Assembly: GCA_019313385.1 (NCBI GenBank)
Contig: JAFDBG010000002.1
Location: 4,202 to 68,201 of the forward strand
Direction of reading: 5' to 3'
DNA: 64,000 nt
Origin: Deltaproteobacteria bacterium
GTDB taxonomy: Bacteria; Desulfobacterota; Syntrophia; Syntrophales; UBA2210
The stretch's first letter is position 1; every line of letters starts with the position of its first letter. The notes under the pieces were generated by a model that ran no database searches, was not told the origin of the DNA, and was given only the letters and a program-made list of their open reading frames with translations. Of the stretch, positions 37,381 to 47,738 are shown piece by piece. A program made the translations under genes and the position numbers.

Positions 37381-38679
37381 ATGAACTGTTTACTTTATAA
37401 TGTATTACTGTTTATCGCAGCCTTCTTCCTCATCCCATTTTTTGCGGTGAAAATCGTGTTTGCTGGAAAATACAGAAAGAGTATCGGCCCCAAGTTCGGG
37501 CTCATTCCGCGGGGCGTCTTCGAAGAAATGAAAGGTTCGCCCCGGATATGGGTGCATGCGGTGTCGGTGGGAGAGGTTACCGCTGCCGCTCCCATAGTTT
37601 CATCGCTGAGAGAGATGTATCCCGAGGCATGCATTGTCCTCTCCACAAGCACGGAGACCGGCCAGGAGATGGCGCGGAGCCTGATCACGGACGCCACATC
37701 ACATATCTACTACCCCCTCGACATCCCCATTGTTGTCAGACGGGTCATGGACAGGGTGAACCCGGATATATTTGTTCCAGTCGAGACAGAGATATGGCCC
37801 AACTTCATACGCATCTGCAGTGAGAGAGAAATTAAAATAGCGATGGTAAATGGCCGGATTTCTCCCCGCTCCTTCAGGCGGTACAGAAGGACAAAATTTT
37901 TCTGGAAGCGGATTATGAATATGATCGGCATGATAGGGTCCATATCCGCGATTGACGCCTCCAGGTTGGAGACCCTGGGAGTGAAACCATCCAGGATCCA
38001 TGTTTTGGGAAACGCGAAATATGACAGCCTTGCCGCAAGGGCGGATGACTCTCTGAGGAACGAAATGGAGGCAAAACTGGATATACCTCACGGAACAAAG
38101 GTCTTCGTAGCGGGCAGTACGCATGAGGGCGAGGACGATGTGGTTCTTAGAGTCTACCGGGGCCTGCTTGAAAGATATCCTGATATGCTTATGGTTATTG
38201 TCCCGCGGCATCCAGAGAGGGGCAACGCGGTATTTTCTCTTGCGAAGGATGCGGGTTTTGATGACTGCATTACGATGGCAGTGATAAACAGCGGCGAGAG
38301 ACGTTCCGGCCAGCGGATTATCATTGTTGACGTTATAGGAGAGCTCTTCAAGGTTTACAGCCTCGCCACCCTGGTCTTCTGCGGCGGGAGCCTGGTTCCC
38401 AAGGGAGGACAGAACATCCTGGAGCCCGCTGCGTGGGGAAAGGTCGTTCTCTATGGCCCCTCAATGGAAGATTTTATGGATGAGCGAGAAAGGCTGGAGA
38501 TGGCAGGGGGGGGTATTACCATCAGGGACGGCAATGAACTGCTGGGCGAGGCACTGAAACTGATGGAAGATCCCGAGACCCTCCGCAGGAAAGGAGAAGC
38601 GGGACGTGAGATAGTTGCCTCCAACAAGGGGGCAGCGCGAAGATACGCCGAAATGATAAGGAACCACCTGAAAGGATAG
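37381..38679 (+). CDS. waaA: 3-deoxy-D-manno-octulosonic acid (Kdo) transferase
   Basis: IWVHAVSVGEV and CGGSLVPKGGQNILEPAAWG. Confidence 0.9.
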   Translation: MNCLLYNVLLFIAAFFLIPFFAVKIVFAGKYRKSIGPKFGLIPRGVFEEMKGSPRIWVHAVSVGEVTAAAPIVSSLREMYPEACIVLSTSTETGQEMARSLITDATSHIYYPLDIPIVVRRVMDRVNPDIFVPVETEIWPNFIRICSEREIKIAMVNGRISPRSFRRYRRTKFFWKRIMNMIGMIGSISAIDASRLETLGVKPSRIHVLGNAKYDSLAARADDSLRNEMEAKLDIPHGTKVFVAGSTHEGEDDVVLRVYRGLLERYPDMLMVIVPRHPERGNAVFSLAKDAGFDDCITMAVINSGERRSGQRIIIVDVIGELFKVYSLATLVFCGGSLVPKGGQNILEPAAWGKVVLYGPSMEDFMDERERLEMAGGGITIRDGNELLGEALKLMEDPETLRRKGEAGREIVASNKGAARRYAEMIRNHLKG

Positions 38680-38710
38680 TTTACAGCTGTCGGTTCACAG
38701 TTGTCGGTTG
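38679..38710 (+). repeat. Repeat family B solo array (ACNGTT hexamer array)
   Basis: GTTTACAGCTGTCGGTTCACAGTTGTCGGTTG. It overlaps the last base of the waaA stop codon and matches the reverse complement of 4628-4660. Confidence 0.75.
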
Positions 38711-38813
38711 AAATTGTGAGAGAAGCGCTGCTTGGACAAAAAGATGGTTGTGCTTATCTTAGAAATGTTTAAAAGTCAAACGGGAAACTTTCTCAATCAG
38801 GTGATCCGACCAG

Positions 38814-39884
38814 TCATACATCGGACGTCTTCAGGGTTTCTGTTTGATAATGGGTATTCAGGGCATCAATAATGGCGCTGATATCTCCATCAAGAATACT
38901 TTCCAGACTATACATGGTAAGCCCGATCCGGTGGTCTGTCATCCGCCCCTGAGGGAAATTATAGGTTCGTATCCTCTGGCTCCTGTCTCCGCTCCCCACC
39001 TGTTGTTTTCTTGCCGCAGAGATCGAGGCATCCTGTTCCTCTTTTACCTGTTCAAAAAGTCTTGCCCGGAGTACATTTAAAGCCTTTGCCTTGTTCTTAT
39101 GCTGCGATTTTTCGTCCTGACAGGTTACCACAAGGCCTGATGGAAGATGAGTAATTCTTACCGCGGAATCTGTGGTGTTGACGCTCTGTCCCCCATGGCC
39201 TGTGGAACGATAGACATCTATCCTCAGGTCATTCGGATCAATATTCACTTCCGCTTCTTCCACCTCAGGAAGAACCGCCACAGACACAGCGGATGTATGG
39301 ATTCTCCCCTGTGTCTCGGTAACTGGAACCCTCTGTACACGGTGAACACCGCTTTCGTATTTCAATCTGCTGTACGCGCCACCTCCCTCAACAAGGAGTA
39401 TGACTTCCTTAAATCCTCCCACGCCTCCAGATATACTGGAGCTCATAATTTCCACTTTCCAGTTACATTTTTCCGCGTACCTGGTATACATCCTGAAAAG
39501 ATCCCCGGCAAAAAGTCCTGCCTCATCTCCTCCTGTGCCAGCTCTTATTTCCAGAAAGACATTTCTCTCGTCATTTGGATCTTTTGGAAGCAAAAGAATT
39601 TTCAACTTTTCTTCCAGAACCTGCAGTTTTTTCCGCAACTGGGGGATCTCATCTTTTGCCATCTCCCGCAGCTCCTCATCTCCATCTTTGAGAAGATCTT
39701 TATTGTCCTCAATTTGAGAGGTTATATCTTCATACTCTCTGTAGGCCTGCACAATATCGGAAATGCCGGCATGTTCCCTGGCGTACTTCCGGTATTCACC
39801 ATAATTGCCGATTACGGCGGGATCGCTCAACAATCCTTCCAGATCTTGATATCTTTTCTCAATTTCACTAAGCTTTGTCAGCAT
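38814..39884 (-). CDS. prfA: Peptide chain release factor 1
   Basis: RF1 tripeptide context [14 protein letters not shown] and GGQ motif [17 protein letters not shown]. Confidence 0.97.
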   Translation of the reverse strand: MLTKLSEIEKRYQDLEGLLSDPAVIGNYGEYRKYAREHAGISDIVQAYREYEDITSQIEDNKDLLKDGDEELREMAKDEIPQLRKKLQVLEEKLKILLLPKDPNDERNVFLEIRAGTGGDEAGLFAGDLFRMYTRYAEKCNWKVEIMSSSISGGVGGFKEVILLVEGGGAYSRLKYESGVHRVQRVPVTETQGRIHTSAVSVAVLPEVEEAEVNIDPNDLRIDVYRSTGHGGQSVNTTDSAVRITHLPSGLVVTCQDEKSQHKNKAKALNVLRARLFEQVKEEQDASISAARKQQVGSGDRSQRIRTYNFPQGRMTDHRIGLTMYSLESILDGDISAIIDALNTHYQTETLKTSDV

Positions 39885-39994
39885 ACTGTTCTTCCCGGAT
39901 TGATGACGATTTTCTTCAGAAGGGGATGACTCTAGACGGACAGCCCTTACGGGCCGGAAGATACCTGATAAAAAGCAACTGTTCAGGGTTACAA

Positions 39995-40062
39995 AGGCAC
40001 AAAGAAAGAATAGAAGAAAACATCTTGCAAAAGATTGTCAACAGAAAACCCTCTTTGTGCCT
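39995..40062 (-). other. Long-loop hairpin in the rpmE-prfA spacer
   Basis: Perfect 11-bp arms AGGCACAAAGA (39995-40005) and TCTTTGTGCCT (40052-40062). The 46-nt loop contains an inner ATCTT/AAGAT stem. Confidence 0.6.
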
Positions 40063-40077
40063 GATCAGCTATACCTG

Positions 40078-40287
40078 TTACTTCTGCTCAAGATTGGCAT
40101 ATCTGCGATTGAACTTCTCGATCCTTCCAGCAGTATCCATTATTTTCTGTTTTCCAGTAAAAAACGGGTGACATTTTGAGCATATCTCAACCTTGGTATC
40201 ACCTTTGGTGGATCTCGTCTCAATAACATTCCCGCAGACGCATGTTATCTTTGCTTCCTTATATTCCGGATGAATATTCTTCTTCAT
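40078..40287 (-). CDS. rpmE: 50S ribosomal protein L31 (Cys-containing type)
   Basis: MKKNIHPEY with Cys pairs CVC and CSKC; 69 aa. Confidence 0.95.
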   Translation of the reverse strand: MKKNIHPEYKEAKITCVCGNVIETRSTKGDTKVEICSKCHPFFTGKQKIMDTAGRIEKFNRRYANLEQK

Positions 40288-40369
40288 AATTTCTGTCAGC
40301 CTCCCTCGGCATTTAAAAAATCACCATTATATCCATATCAAAATGAATTTCAAGAAAATAATTTCAAAC

Positions 40370-41617
40370 TCACCGATTCATGGACTTAAAGAATTCCTCG
40401 TTGGTGCTTGTTCGTTTTACCTTATCAATTATAAATTCCATGGCATCCACAGGACTCATCTCCTGCAGGAGCCTTCTCAGTATCCACAATCTGTTCAGAT
40501 TGTCCTTGTCGATCAGCATTTCCTCTTTTCTTGTACCGGAACGGACAACATCAAACGAGGGAAAGATTCTCCTGTCTGAGATTCTTCTATCGAGATGCAG
40601 CTCCATATTCCCTGTTCCCTTGAATTCTTCAAAGATAACATCGTCCATCCGGCTTCCAGTATCGATAAGGGCCGTCGAGATTATTGTGAGACTGCCACCT
40701 TCTTCAATATTCCTCGCGGCGCCGAAAAACCTCTTCGGCTTGTGCAGGGCGTTGGAATCAACACCACCGGAGAGCACCTTTCCGCTTGGCGGTACAACGG
40801 AGTTATAGGCCCTGGCAAGCCGGGTAATACTGTCCAGAAGTATAACAACATCCCGGTTGTGTTCTACCAGGCGTTTGGCTTTTTCGATAACCATCTCCGC
40901 AATCTGGACATGCCGTGTGGCAGTTTCATCAAAGGTTGAAGAAATAACCTCTCCGGAAACGCTTCTCTCCATATCCGTCACTTCTTCAGGACGTTCATCT
41001 ATCAGGAGAACCATAAGGATGGCATCTTTGTGATTCGCTGTAATACTGTTGGCAATATCTTTCAAAAGGACTGTTTTCCCTGTTCTGGGTGGAGAAACGA
41101 TAAGGCCTCTCTGCCCTTTGCCTATCGGTGTAAAAATATCCATAATCCTTGTCGAGTAGTTCTCCGGATCCGATTCCAGCATCCATTTTTCTTCGGGGTA
41201 CAGCGGTGTCAAATTATCAAAGAGTATCTTACCCCTGGCCGCCTCCGGAGCCTCAAAATTTATGGATTCTACCTTCAGGAGGGCAAAATATTTCTCTCCC
41301 TCTTTCGGAGGCCGCACCTCCCCGTATATCGTATCCCCCGTTCTCATCCCGAATCTGCGTATCTGAGAGGGGGAAACATAGATATCATCGGGCCCCGGAA
41401 AATAGTTATAACTTACCGACCTGAGAAAGCCGAATCCATCCGGAAGTGTTTCCAAAACTCCCTCTCCCGTGATGACGCCATTTTTCTCTGTCTGGTACTG
41501 GAGAATTGCGAAGATAAGATCCTGCCTTTTCATCCCGCTCGTACCAGCTATTTTAAGCCCCTTAGCCAATTCATTAAGCTCACTTATGGATTTGTTTTTG
41601 ACCTCTGAAATGTTCAT
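40370..41617 (-). CDS. rho: Transcription termination factor Rho
   Basis: N-terminal RNA-binding domain ([10 protein letters not shown]) and Walker [16 protein letters not shown]; 415 aa. Confidence 0.97.
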   Translation of the reverse strand: MNISEVKNKSISELNELAKGLKIAGTSGMKRQDLIFAILQYQTEKNGVITGEGVLETLPDGFGFLRSVSYNYFPGPDDIYVSPSQIRRFGMRTGDTIYGEVRPPKEGEKYFALLKVESINFEAPEAARGKILFDNLTPLYPEEKWMLESDPENYSTRIMDIFTPIGKGQRGLIVSPPRTGKTVLLKDIANSITANHKDAILMVLLIDERPEEVTDMERSVSGEVISSTFDETATRHVQIAEMVIEKAKRLVEHNRDVVILLDSITRLARAYNSVVPPSGKVLSGGVDSNALHKPKRFFGAARNIEEGGSLTIISTALIDTGSRMDDVIFEEFKGTGNMELHLDRRISDRRIFPSFDVVRSGTRKEEMLIDKDNLNRLWILRRLLQEMSPVDAMEFIIDKVKRTSTNEEFFKSMNR

Positions 41618-42065
41618 ATATCTTTCCTTTATTGTATGGTTATGATGCCGGGTTTTAATATTTATTCTTCAGGGGATGCACATAGATGCCTTCCCCCCAA
41701 TTCAGGCAGGTAGTGTATTATATTTGTTTATCTCCTTGAAAACTTATGAAAAGCATAAAAACAGATCCTGGAAATGAAGCAGAATTTCTTTGAAGTGTAA
41801 ACTTTTTTAAAATCTAAACATTGCGAATCCGGTTGATTGCGCCAGAGAACAAATCCTGAGGTGTACAGTGAAACATACTTGGAATTGCTAAAAGACTTCC
41901 GGCATCAATGATGCACGTTACAATGCTCTTTTATTTCCGGTAGCTAATCTGGTCTCCTGAAATACTTCGGAAGGAAGGATTTAGCACACAACCTTAATGA
42001 AAGCCCGTCTATACTAAACCGGCGGACATGTCAAGGATTTTTTAACTTTATGCCAAGCGGGCAGT

Positions 42066-42905
42066 CTATCGTAACATTATAAAGTTAATTTGTCTTCCCG
42101 TTCCGCCATGCTCCCCCCTGTGCGAGAAGAAGGTGCCCCTGTTACAGGACGTGCAGATATCAGCAGAAAATATATTGTCCGAGGGAACACCCTTGCCAAG
42201 CAACTGGGATCTGTTGGCGGCGGGAAGGTCAAGCATCCATTTCCCCTCTTTTTTACCTTCGGTGAAGAAAGACTCTCTGTTCGGGTTGTTATCAAAGTGA
42301 TGAAAAACAGTTTCATCAACCTCATAGCAGCAGGGGCCTATGGCGGGACCTATGACAGCCAGGATATCTGACGGCCTGGAGACAAATTCTTTCATGAAAG
42401 TGTCTATGGCCTTAGCGACAATTCCCAGAGATGTTCCCTTCCATCCCGCGTGCACCGCCCCGACCACCCGCTTTGCGCGATCGGCAAGAAGCACCGGAAC
42501 GCAGTCGGCCGTCTTTATGCCGACAGACACGCCGGGCATCGAAGAAATAATGCCGTCATATTCGAGCTTTTTACCATGCCGCCAATCCTGCGTCTTTTCA
42601 TCAACAATCAGAAGCCTGTCTCCATGAACCTGATTGACCGTAATGAGATTTTGTTCCGGGAGGTCGAAGGCGGAGCGGAGGACCCCCCTGTTTTTCAAGA
42701 GATGTCCTTCGGTGTCACCCGAACGCGTGCCAAAGTTGAGGTTGGACAACTTTCCCCCGCTTGTGCCGCCCCATCTGGTACAAAACGCGTGGGTTATAAA
42801 ATCGCACCCACCAAGCGCCAGACACTCCAGATACCGCACATCATCTCTCCTGGAAAATCTGAACGCGTCCGATGTGCCGTATCTATGATCCGGGTTTTTA
42901 AACAT
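42066..42905 (-). CDS. pgeF: YfiH/PgeF family (laccase-domain, peptidoglycan editing factor)
   Basis: GAVHAGWKGT motif. It lies downstream of rluD, as in E. coli. Confidence 0.88.
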   Translation of the reverse strand: MFKNPDHRYGTSDAFRFSRRDDVRYLECLALGGCDFITHAFCTRWGGTSGGKLSNLNFGTRSGDTEGHLLKNRGVLRSAFDLPEQNLITVNQVHGDRLLIVDEKTQDWRHGKKLEYDGIISSMPGVSVGIKTADCVPVLLADRAKRVVGAVHAGWKGTSLGIVAKAIDTFMKEFVSRPSDILAVIGPAIGPCCYEVDETVFHHFDNNPNRESFFTEGKKEGKWMLDLPAANRSQLLGKGVPSDNIFSADICTSCNRGTFFSHRGEHGGTGRQINFIMLR

Positions 42906-42907
42906 TA

Positions 42908-43120
42908 GTTGTAACCGTTCACGGTTGTCGGTTCACAGTTCACAGTTCTTTCAAGTAAACTATGCAACAATTGAAGCACGTTAGATGGTGATCCCATCTC
43001 TTGTATTAATTCTTTCGCATCTAAATCAGAGAGCATGTTAACCTCTCGCGAACCATCTGTGTTCTCATTTCACCAGTCGAACCAAATGTTTTTACAACTG
43101 TAAACCGTAAACTGCTACAG
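42908..43120 (+). repeat. Repeat family B full element (~213 bp) with inverted ACNGTT arrays
   Basis: The left array (42908-42948) and right array (43094-43120) are inverted. Internal words TAAACTATGCAA and ATTGAAGCA are shared with 47566-47717. Confidence 0.8.
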
Positions 43121-43122
43121 TA

Positions 43123-44106
43123 TTACCCTCTATTCCTCAAATCATGACAGACCTGCGCCATATCATCTGGAAGCGGAGATGAAAAATCCATAAGGTCGCC
43201 TGTGATCGGATGATGGAAGCACAATTTGCTCGAATGGAGAGCCTGCCTGCGAATCTTCCTCAACACCACCTGCCGGATATTATCTTTTACCGCCTCGATT
43301 CTTTTTTTCGAATTACCATAAACAGCGTCCCCGACAACAGGATATCCTGTGGCGTTCAGGTGCACCCGGATCTGATGTGTCCTTCCTGTCTCAATCTGGA
43401 CAGCAAGGAGTGTGGCGATATTGTAGCGTTCCTCTACACTCCAGCGGGTCAGAGATTCTTTGCCTCTTCTGCTGTTAGTGGACATCTTCTTCCTGTCCAC
43501 AGGATGCCTCCCTATGGACAGATCGATTACCCCCTCTTCTTCTTTCATATCGCCATGTACAAGAACCCTGTAGGTTTTTTTCACGAGATGTTTTTTGAAC
43601 TGTTTTGCCAGCCCGGTGTGGGCCTCATCCGACTTCGCGACCACCATAAGCCCCGATGTGTCTTTGTCCAGTCGATGTACTATACCGGGCCGTTTAACAC
43701 CGCCAATGCCGGAAAGATCCCCGCAATGAAACAAAAGGGCATTGACAAGTGTGCCGCTGCGGTTTCCCGCCGCAGGATGGACGACCATACCATAGGGTTT
43801 GTTCAACACAAGGATGTGCGCATCTTCGTAGATGATATCAAGGGGTATTTCTTCCGGAGCAAGGTCACATTCCTTCGGTTCTTCCCTCCGGACAATGACC
43901 ATATCGCCCATCTTCAGACGACAGGCCGGTTTTGATTCAGCTCCGTTTACCCGCACCTGCCCTTCATCAATCGCCCTCTTAACCCGCGAACGCGTAACGA
44001 AAACGCCTTTTTTAGACAAAAAAATGTCAAGGCGCTCTCCACTCTCAGAGGGAGATACACTGAGCTTGAATTCTCTGTCATCTCCAGATGTCATTTTCTC
44101 TTTCAT
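43123..44106 (-). CDS. rluD: 23S rRNA pseudouridine synthase RluD (RluA family)
   Basis: N-terminal S4 domain and catalytic GIVHRLDKDTSGLMVVAK. Confidence 0.92.
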   Translation of the reverse strand: MKEKMTSGDDREFKLSVSPSESGERLDIFLSKKGVFVTRSRVKRAIDEGQVRVNGAESKPACRLKMGDMVIVRREEPKECDLAPEEIPLDIIYEDAHILVLNKPYGMVVHPAAGNRSGTLVNALLFHCGDLSGIGGVKRPGIVHRLDKDTSGLMVVAKSDEAHTGLAKQFKKHLVKKTYRVLVHGDMKEEEGVIDLSIGRHPVDRKKMSTNSRRGKESLTRWSVEERYNIATLLAVQIETGRTHQIRVHLNATGYPVVGDAVYGNSKKRIEAVKDNIRQVVLRKIRRQALHSSKLCFHHPITGDLMDFSSPLPDDMAQVCHDLRNRG

Positions 44107-44164
44107 CGGGAAACCGGTCGGAAAACATAAAAATCGAAAGAATTAAAAGCCAAGGTCATGAAAA

Positions 44165-45586
44165 TCACGCAAGCCCCGCTATGTGTTTCATTCCTTCCTC
44201 TATAAAAACAAATTCTTCCTCAGTTATCGTCCTCAGATCGAGGAGGACTTGGTCTTCGAATATCCTCGCAATTATGGGAACTTCCAGCTTCCTTAATCTT
44301 CTTTCCATCCTGCTAGTCGGGATGCCGCGAGAGCTTACAGTCACGACAACGGTGGGAATCTCCTGCGTGGGAAGCGATCCGCCACCGGCCATGGAATGTT
44401 CTTTCATAATGGAGAAAGTCAGGTCCTTAAGGGATAATTTCTCCAGCAGATCCAACAGCCTGCGCGCCCTTTTTTCGACATCGGCGACCGGTTCCGTCAG
44501 CGAGCGTAAGACCCTTACATCGCACACCGCCCTGTCGAGATCCAGATAATGCATCATAGTTGCCTCAAGGGCCGCAAGGGTCAATTTATCTATTCTCAGG
44601 GCACGATTGAGAGGGTTTTTCTTTATCCTGTCCAGTATCGTCTTTTTGCCTAGGATTATCCCGGCCTGCGGCCCCCCGAGGAGCTTGTCGCCGCTGAATG
44701 TCACCACATCCACACCCGTCTTCAAAACCTCCTGAACCGTCGGTTCCCTTTCAAAACCATATTTATCCAGCTGCACAAAGCATCCGCTCCCCAGATCATT
44801 CATTACAGGAATGTCTTTCTTTTTGCCAAGTGCCACCAGCTCGTCCAGGCCTATCTCATCAGTAAAGCCAAGCACCTTGAAGTTACTTGTATGAACCTTA
44901 AGAATCAACCCGGTATTGCCGCACACCGCATTATCGTAGTCCGAAAAATGCGTGCGGTTGGTGGTACCCACCTCTCTGAGAATGGCTCCGCTTTTTTCCA
45001 TAACCTCGGGAATACGAAACGCTCCCCCTATCTCAATAAGCTCTCCCCTCGAAACGATCGCCTCTTTTCCCTCCGACAGGGCATTGAGGGTAAGGAGGAC
45101 AGCGGCGGCGTTATTGTTGACGATTATGGCATCTTCCGCTCCCGATACGCAGCAGAGTATGTCCTTCACATGATCGTATCTTATCCCGCGTTCCCCCTTG
45201 TCAAGGTTGAACTCAAGGTTTGAATAGCCTTCGCTGACATCAATAATCCTTTTCAGGGCCTCCCCGCAGAGAGGGGCCCTCCCCAGATTGGTATGCAGGA
45301 TGATTCCGGTGGCATTCACCACACGGCGGAGGCTGTAGTCATGAAGGGCAAGCAACCTTTTTTGCACCTCCCTCGCAGCCCTGTCAGGGGAAAGAGGACC
45401 GGGAGTTTTTCCACCGCCTTTTTCCGAATCCAATATATCCTTCCTCATCTCTTCTACAACCTGGCGGCATTTTTCCACCACGATATCCCTTGAAACACCT
45501 TTAAACGCGTCATCATTTTCGAGAATGAGGAGCACCTCGTCAATCTTCGGAAGGGTTTTCAGTAACTCTCTGATCTTGTCATCCAT
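44165..45586 (-). CDS. selA: L-seryl-tRNA(Sec) selenium transferase
   Basis: Start moved to ATG 45586 (MDDKIRELLKTLPKIDEVL). PLP-lysine context TFSGDKLLGGPQAGII. Confidence 0.92.
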   Translation of the reverse strand: MDDKIRELLKTLPKIDEVLLILENDDAFKGVSRDIVVEKCRQVVEEMRKDILDSEKGGGKTPGPLSPDRAAREVQKRLLALHDYSLRRVVNATGIILHTNLGRAPLCGEALKRIIDVSEGYSNLEFNLDKGERGIRYDHVKDILCCVSGAEDAIIVNNNAAAVLLTLNALSEGKEAIVSRGELIEIGGAFRIPEVMEKSGAILREVGTTNRTHFSDYDNAVCGNTGLILKVHTSNFKVLGFTDEIGLDELVALGKKKDIPVMNDLGSGCFVQLDKYGFEREPTVQEVLKTGVDVVTFSGDKLLGGPQAGIILGKKTILDRIKKNPLNRALRIDKLTLAALEATMMHYLDLDRAVCDVRVLRSLTEPVADVEKRARRLLDLLEKLSLKDLTFSIMKEHSMAGGGSLPTQEIPTVVVTVSSRGIPTSRMERRLRKLEVPIIARIFEDQVLLDLRTITEEEFVFIEEGMKHIAGLA

Positions 45587-45594
45587 TTTATTCC

Positions 45595-46833
45595 CTATCT
45601 CCCCAGACAGAAGTCGCGGAAATTGTTGACTGCGGTAAAGAATTCCCGCATCATTATGACCCAATAATATCTGCCACGGTCCGTAAGGTAAAAAGTGCCG
45701 CGCTTGTAGCGCAACCCTCCGACCAGCATAAAGGCGGCTATCTCTCTCCAGAGATAGCCGATGCTCCCGCCACCATATTTCTTCCTCAAGAAGGAGACAT
45801 CCAGTTTAAGACCAAACAGCTTCATCAGAAAGTCGTAGCGCGCCTGTTGCTGGAGTGTAAAATCACGCGCCGCCATCAATGGAAGTTCTCCCCTGTCCAG
45901 CATCTCAATATATCGAGGTATGTCGAAGGTGTTCGCGTAACTTCTACCATCCATGTATCCGATAGAACCGCTGCCCAGACCGGCATATTCGTCATAATCC
46001 ACTATATACTCATCAACCATAGTTCCTCTCCGGGAAAAACACCACGCCGAGGAAAAACGGTAGTAAGGGGCAAGTTTTTTGGAAATCAGTTGATAAAACC
46101 TCTTTTCCTTCCTGTAATCAACTATCCCCAGCGTTCCCTCCACCTTGCTGCGCGTGGATTCCGAGACCATCAGGGGATAATAGGTCACTTGATCAACACC
46201 TGTATCGATCAGAATATCCAGGTCTCTAACCAGAATTTCTTCGGTCTGGACAGGAAAGTTAAAGATCATATCGGCATTCAAGGTATCGAACTGCCCCGAT
46301 ATCTCTGCAATTCTTCCGGCAATTGTGTCGCCGCTCCCATATTTCTCATATCTGCCCATTGCCTTCAAAAGCCCGTCATCGAAACTCTGTACCCCAACCG
46401 AAAGCCTGTTAACACCGATTTTCCTGAGGATATCAACATTCTCCTGTGTGAGATGGTTGGGATTGGTCTCCACTGAAATCTCCCGGATGTTGAAACAATC
46501 CGCTGCCAGTAGCAGGGTTTTCTCCAGTTCATCCATCATTATTGTCGGTGTTCCCCCGCCCACATACACACTGGTGAAGTTATAATCTTTATCCCTGTAA
46601 AACCGTATCTCTTTTCTGAGGGCGGCGTGATACCTTCGACAGAGATCTTTATCGAGCACAATCCTGTTAAATGAGCAGTATGGACACAGGCTTTCACAGA
46701 ATGGAATATGGAGATAAAGAAGCCTTCCATGATTTGCATTCCCCTGTGGGAGAAATGCACCCATCCTTTCCTCAAACCGCATGGCCCGGGAGAATTCCCG
46801 TTTTGTCGCTGCTGTTATAATCCTGTCTATCAA
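45595..46833 (-). CDS. Radical SAM protein of the HemN/HemW (oxygen-independent coproporphyrinogen oxidase-like) family
   Basis: CxxxCxxC in LYLHIPFCESLCPYCSFN; 412 aa. Its stop lies 8 nt before the selA start. Confidence 0.85.
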   Translation of the reverse strand: MIDRIITAATKREFSRAMRFEERMGAFLPQGNANHGRLLYLHIPFCESLCPYCSFNRIVLDKDLCRRYHAALRKEIRFYRDKDYNFTSVYVGGGTPTIMMDELEKTLLLAADCFNIREISVETNPNHLTQENVDILRKIGVNRLSVGVQSFDDGLLKAMGRYEKYGSGDTIAGRIAEISGQFDTLNADMIFNFPVQTEEILVRDLDILIDTGVDQVTYYPLMVSESTRSKVEGTLGIVDYRKEKRFYQLISKKLAPYYRFSSAWCFSRRGTMVDEYIVDYDEYAGLGSGSIGYMDGRSYANTFDIPRYIEMLDRGELPLMAARDFTLQQQARYDFLMKLFGLKLDVSFLRKKYGGGSIGYLWREIAAFMLVGGLRYKRGTFYLTDRGRYYWVIMMREFFTAVNNFRDFCLGR

Positions 46834-46886
46834 TTCAACCCACCCCCTCTATTTACATTGCTACGTTGTGATTATCAGGATTCTCG

Positions 46887-46913
46887 TATTATTTCAATAC
46901 TATTGAAATAATA
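46887..46913. promoter_or_regulatory. Perfect 27-bp palindrome (candidate operator / paired divergent -35 boxes)
   Basis: TATTATTTCAATA-C-TATTGAAATAATA. It is centred 67 nt from the radical-SAM start and 70 nt from the def start. Confidence 0.55.
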
Positions 46914-46969
46914 ATCCCATGGTGTTATAGAATAGAAAATCGAAGACAGAAAGGCCCTGTGTAAGAAAA

Positions 46970-47527
46970 ATGAAGACCTGGAAATTATGGGAAGATGAAA
47001 AGATCAATGAAGAGGAGGCAAGGCTTCTGAGGAGGCATGCCGATGAGATTCCGATTCCCTTTGATGAAGAGGGAAAGAGCGACATCGAAATCCTTGTCGA
47101 CGCATTTACCGGAAGGGATGACGCCGCGGGGCTTGCCGCTCCGCAGATAGGGATAAGCAAACGGGTCGTGGTATTCAAAAATGGGAACTTCGACGACAAA
47201 GCACCTATAAAAAAAGGCGGGGACCATTATGATGTTCTTGTAAACCCGAGAATCACACAGATAAGGGGGGACATGGAAAAGGCGCAGGAGGCCTGCCTGT
47301 CCTGCCCCGATATAAGCGCCGATGTCGTAAGGGCCACTTCAATAAAGGTTAAGGCGTACGATGAAAAGGGAAACAAGGTAAACAAACGCTACACGGGATT
47401 TCTCGCCCGCGTTGTTCAGCATGAGCTTGATCACCTTGATGGAAAACTCATTGTTGATCGTGGAACAACAATCTACTTTCCCAAAGAGAAGTCTAATTTT
47501 TTCGGCAAGATCTTCAAGGATGAATGA
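46970..47527 (+). CDS. def: Peptide deformylase
   Basis: GLAAPQIGISKRVVV, EACLSCPD (a variant of EGCLS) and QHELDHLDG. Confidence 0.9.
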   Translation: MKTWKLWEDEKINEEEARLLRRHADEIPIPFDEEGKSDIEILVDAFTGRDDAAGLAAPQIGISKRVVVFKNGNFDDKAPIKKGGDHYDVLVNPRITQIRGDMEKAQEACLSCPDISADVVRATSIKVKAYDEKGNKVNKRYTGFLARVVQHELDHLDGKLIVDRGTTIYFPKEKSNFFGKIFKDE

Positions 47528-47565
47528 AGCCACAGCATTCCATTTGTGTAGCTGTCATATCTGGT

Positions 47566-47717
47566 ACCCGTTCACGGTTTACTGTTATCGGTTCACGGTT
47601 AAAAAGCAGAAAGTTGAAATAAATATCCAAAATGCTTCAATCGTTCGGTTTCGTTCATGATTGCATAGTTTATTGGAAAAACTGTGAACTGTGAACCGGC
47701 AACCGTAAACTGTTATC
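47566..47717 (-). repeat. Repeat family B full element (~152 bp), inverted relative to 42908-43120
   Basis: Arrays ACCCGTTCACGGTTTACTGTTATCGGTTCACGGTT (47566-47600) and AACTGTGAACTGTGAACCGGCAACCGTAAACTGTTATC (47680-47717). Confidence 0.8.
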
Positions 47718-47738
47718 ATATTGTAAAGAGAGGTTCGT

